From positions 1-47,603 of the forward strand of contig CAZPJY010000011.1 of the NCBI GenBank assembly GCA_964587045.1: DNA of 47,603 nucleotides, in the 5' to 3' direction. Each line of letters starts with the position of its first letter. Position 1 is the stretch's first letter. The notes beneath the pieces were generated by a model, which did not search any database, was not told where the DNA came from, and saw only the letters and a program-made list of their open reading frames with translations. A program made the position numbers and the translations under genes. Below are positions 45,282 to 47,603 of the stretch, piece after piece. The DNA is from an uncultured Methanosarcinales archaeon. GTDB taxonomy: Archaea > Nanobdellota > Nanobdellia > Woesearchaeales > CAZPJY01.

Positions 45282-45971
45282 ATGAAAGCGGTGTTTTCGG
45301 ACTTCGACGGCACTCTGAGCCAGAATTTCATCTCGATGCAGTTCATAGACTACCTAAAGGAGAGGTGGGCAATCCCGCACGACAACTACAAAAGTCAGAT
45401 GCACTTTGCCAGGGAGTACGAGATGGGAAAAATCAGCTATGAAGACTGGCTGGACGTTTGGGCTAAGCTGTGGGCGCAGGGACTTGAAGGCCATCGCGTC
45501 GATAGGATCATGTCGACAGCCAAGGAGTTCTACGAAGGGTTCCGCCCGAATATCTACCCCAGCTCGTATGAAGCCATGGCAATCCTGAAAGCCAAAGGGT
45601 ACCACACCGTCTTGGTATCCGCAGGGGTCTATGAGGCAGTATCTCTGGCAGCAGACGACATGGGCATGGACGCGTGCATCGCCACGAAGTGCGAGATTAG
45701 GGATGGAGCCTACACAGGCCAGCTGACGACCGAAATCCACAGGCCTGCGGGAAAGGCGGCTGCGCTTACCAGGTACATAAAAGAGCACGGCATCGACGCC
45801 TCTTTGTCAATAGGTTTGGGGGACTCAGGCCACGACGCGTCCCTGCTCTCCGTGGTCGGCTTCCCTATAGCGTTGAACCCCTCGACAGAGCTCGAGAACA
45901 TGGGGGAAAAGCGTGGCTGGGCAGTCGAGGACAAGGACTCGATACTAAGATACCTCAAGATTATCACTTAA
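45282..45971 (+). CDS. HAD-IB family phosphatase (SerB-like)
   Basis: DFDGTL, VSA, G.YTG, K, GDS..D...L..VG.P.A.NP. Confidence 0.9.
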   Translation: MKAVFSDFDGTLSQNFISMQFIDYLKERWAIPHDNYKSQMHFAREYEMGKISYEDWLDVWAKLWAQGLEGHRVDRIMSTAKEFYEGFRPNIYPSSYEAMAILKAKGYHTVLVSAGVYEAVSLAADDMGMDACIATKCEIRDGAYTGQLTTEIHRPAGKAAALTRYIKEHGIDASLSIGLGDSGHDASLLSVVGFPIALNPSTELENMGEKRGWAVEDKDSILRYLKIIT

Positions 45972-46009
45972 AGATAAATTTTTTAATCGTTCTCCAATTA
46001 TCATCTTAT

Positions 46010-46504
46010 ATGGAATGGCTCAATAAGGATATGCTTATAGACGAAGCCGTTAACAAATTTCCTGTGGTTGCGGAATATCTCGGCATGGAGGGTATACATT
46101 GCGTCGGTTGCGTTGTCGCCAATGTCGAAACGCTCGAGCAGGGCATCGCAGGGCATGGCAGGGACTCAAGGTACATCAAGAGCCTGGTTGACGAGCTGAA
46201 CTCCATCGTCGGCGAAGAGTACCAGAAGGCCGATTCCTACACCATCCGGATGACTGATATCGCTGCCAAGCACATAAAGGACACGGCAAGCGATGGCTTG
46301 AGGCTCGAGGTGAGGCTGACGTCGTTTGGCTCTCCTTATCAACTGTCGCTTGAGGGAAGAAAAAGCAAGACTGATCTGGTCTTCGAGAAAAAGGGGGCCA
46401 AGGTCTTCGTCGGAAGGCATCACATCGCTTACCTTCATAACACGCTCATGGACTGGGACGAGGTCGGTAAGGGATTTCTCATCAGCCCAAACCAAAATTT
46501 TTAA
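46010..46504 (+). CDS. DUF1858 domain fused to a degenerate HesB/IscA-like domain
   Basis: G.HCVGC.....ETLEQG...HG (DUF1858); then I.MT..AA..I...LRL.V...Y.L.L...D...E..G..V.V...L....D....GF without IscA cysteines. Confidence 0.75.
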   Translation: MEWLNKDMLIDEAVNKFPVVAEYLGMEGIHCVGCVVANVETLEQGIAGHGRDSRYIKSLVDELNSIVGEEYQKADSYTIRMTDIAAKHIKDTASDGLRLEVRLTSFGSPYQLSLEGRKSKTDLVFEKKGAKVFVGRHHIAYLHNTLMDWDEVGKGFLISPNQNF

Positions 46505-46529
46505 AAAATATAGATGCTATAATCTTCAT

Positions 46530-46928
46530 ATGGCCTTCCCAAAGCCAAAGAAAGGAGCAATATTCTACGAGGACCGCCAGGTGTACGCGGCGCTTGCGAA
46601 CAATCCGATAGCCGAGGGCCACTGCGTGGTGGTCTGGAAAAGGGATGTGAAGGACCTCCACATTCTCAAGAGGGCGTCGTTCGAGCACCTCATGGCTGTC
46701 GTTGACGCGGTTCGCAACGCCATGCTGAAAGTCCTCAGGATAAAGAAGGTCTACCTGATCTACATGGACGAGGCAAACCACGTGCACTGGCACCTAGTGC
46801 CGAGACACGCGAAGAGAGGCGTGAACATGCTGGCCGAAAGGCCCAGGAAGCTCAAGGACACCAAACTTGCTGTCAAGCTCATGAAGCAGCTGGTGCCGTT
46901 CGTGATGAGAAGCATTAAGAAGGTTTAA
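46530..46928 (+). CDS. HIT family protein
   Basis: P...GH.VV..K; HVHWHLVPR HIT motif; start at ATG 46530. Confidence 0.9.
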   Translation: MAFPKPKKGAIFYEDRQVYAALANNPIAEGHCVVVWKRDVKDLHILKRASFEHLMAVVDAVRNAMLKVLRIKKVYLIYMDEANHVHWHLVPRHAKRGVNMLAERPRKLKDTKLAVKLMKQLVPFVMRSIKKV

Positions 46929-46953
46929 ATAGCCATTAATCAGTTGTATCGGC

Positions 46954-47603
46954 ATGATCAACGTCACCCAGTTCGCAAATTTCAATTACAACATCACGAG
47001 CGATGCGTTCACGGAACTCTCGAACGTCGGATTCGGCGAATACCTGGGTGTGGTCAAGCCCCTCATATTCTACCTTTTCGGGATAGCCCTCTACGGCGTG
47101 TTCATCTTCAAGTTCTACCGCTTCTTGGCCAGGAGGGACATCGTCCAGCTCAAGCATGAGAAGTACGTGGGTGAGTTCGCCGGAGGAGTGAGGAAGCTCT
47201 TCGACGCGCTCCTCAACTTGTTGCAGAACATCATCCTGACACCTCTCCTGGTGTTCTTCTGGTTCGCGATCCTCGCTTTGATACTGTTGTTCCTTTCAAA
47301 AAACTACGCGCCGAACACGATGCTGCTGGTCGCGGCCTCGCTCGTAGGGGCTGTCAGGGTCACCTCCTACTACAACGAGAACCTGTCGCAGGACCTGGCC
47401 AAGATGATGCCATTTGCGCTGCTCGGCGTGTTCCTCGTCGACATATCTTATTTTTCCCTCAGTGAGACCCTGAATGTTGCAAGAGAGCTGCCAAGTCTTT
47501 GGAAGGTGGTGCTTTACTATCTCGTATTCATCATGAGCCTGGAAGTCGTGCTGAGGCTGGTCAAGACTATTATCGCACCGTTCAAGCCTGCGAAGAAGGA
47601 CTA
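46954..47603 (+). CDS. Multi-pass membrane protein (stop codon probably begins at the window edge)
   Basis: Not in the ORF track. ATG 46954, open frame MINVTQFANF...YGVFIFKFYRFLARRD...VRVTSYYNENLSQDLAKMMPFALLGVF...AKKD, then 'ta' at the edge. Confidence 0.82.
   Translation, partial: MINVTQFANFNYNITSDAFTELSNVGFGEYLGVVKPLIFYLFGIALYGVFIFKFYRFLARRDIVQLKHEKYVGEFAGGVRKLFDALLNLLQNIILTPLLVFFWFAILALILLFLSKNYAPNTMLLVAASLVGAVRVTSYYNENLSQDLAKMMPFALLGVFLVDISYFSLSETLNVARELPSLWKVVLYYLVFIMSLEVVLRLVKTIIAPFKPAKKD

Overview
Archaeal genome fragment, most likely a DPANN/Woesearchaeota-type organism. This is inferred from the archaeal uS13-uS4-uS11-rpoD-tRNA-Leu-eL18-uL13-uS9-rpoN cluster, TATA-driven near-leaderless genes and many bacterial-type accessory genes. 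There is one 100-N assembly gap inside uS11. The standout feature is a tightly coupled 9-gene + strand operon (16216-26453). It encodes a candidate ubiquitin-like protein (GG plus a 9-aa tail), a large protein with a C-terminal E2-like HP...ICLG motif, an Rpn11-like JAB/MPN+ protease, a two-domain UBA1-like E1, an unknown protein, a Hanks-type kinase, an NMN-adenylyltransferase-like enzyme and two tandem pyruvate kinases (one lacking the C domain). Other notable items: a 12-bp palindrome flanking an HTH_10 regulator, a NUDIX gene with an in-frame TAA, an internally deleted corA, a bacterial/archaeal hybrid LeuRS, a structured leader before uS13, and YidD-like and GWxTD-like proteins. All calls come from reading motifs by eye; no database searches were run.
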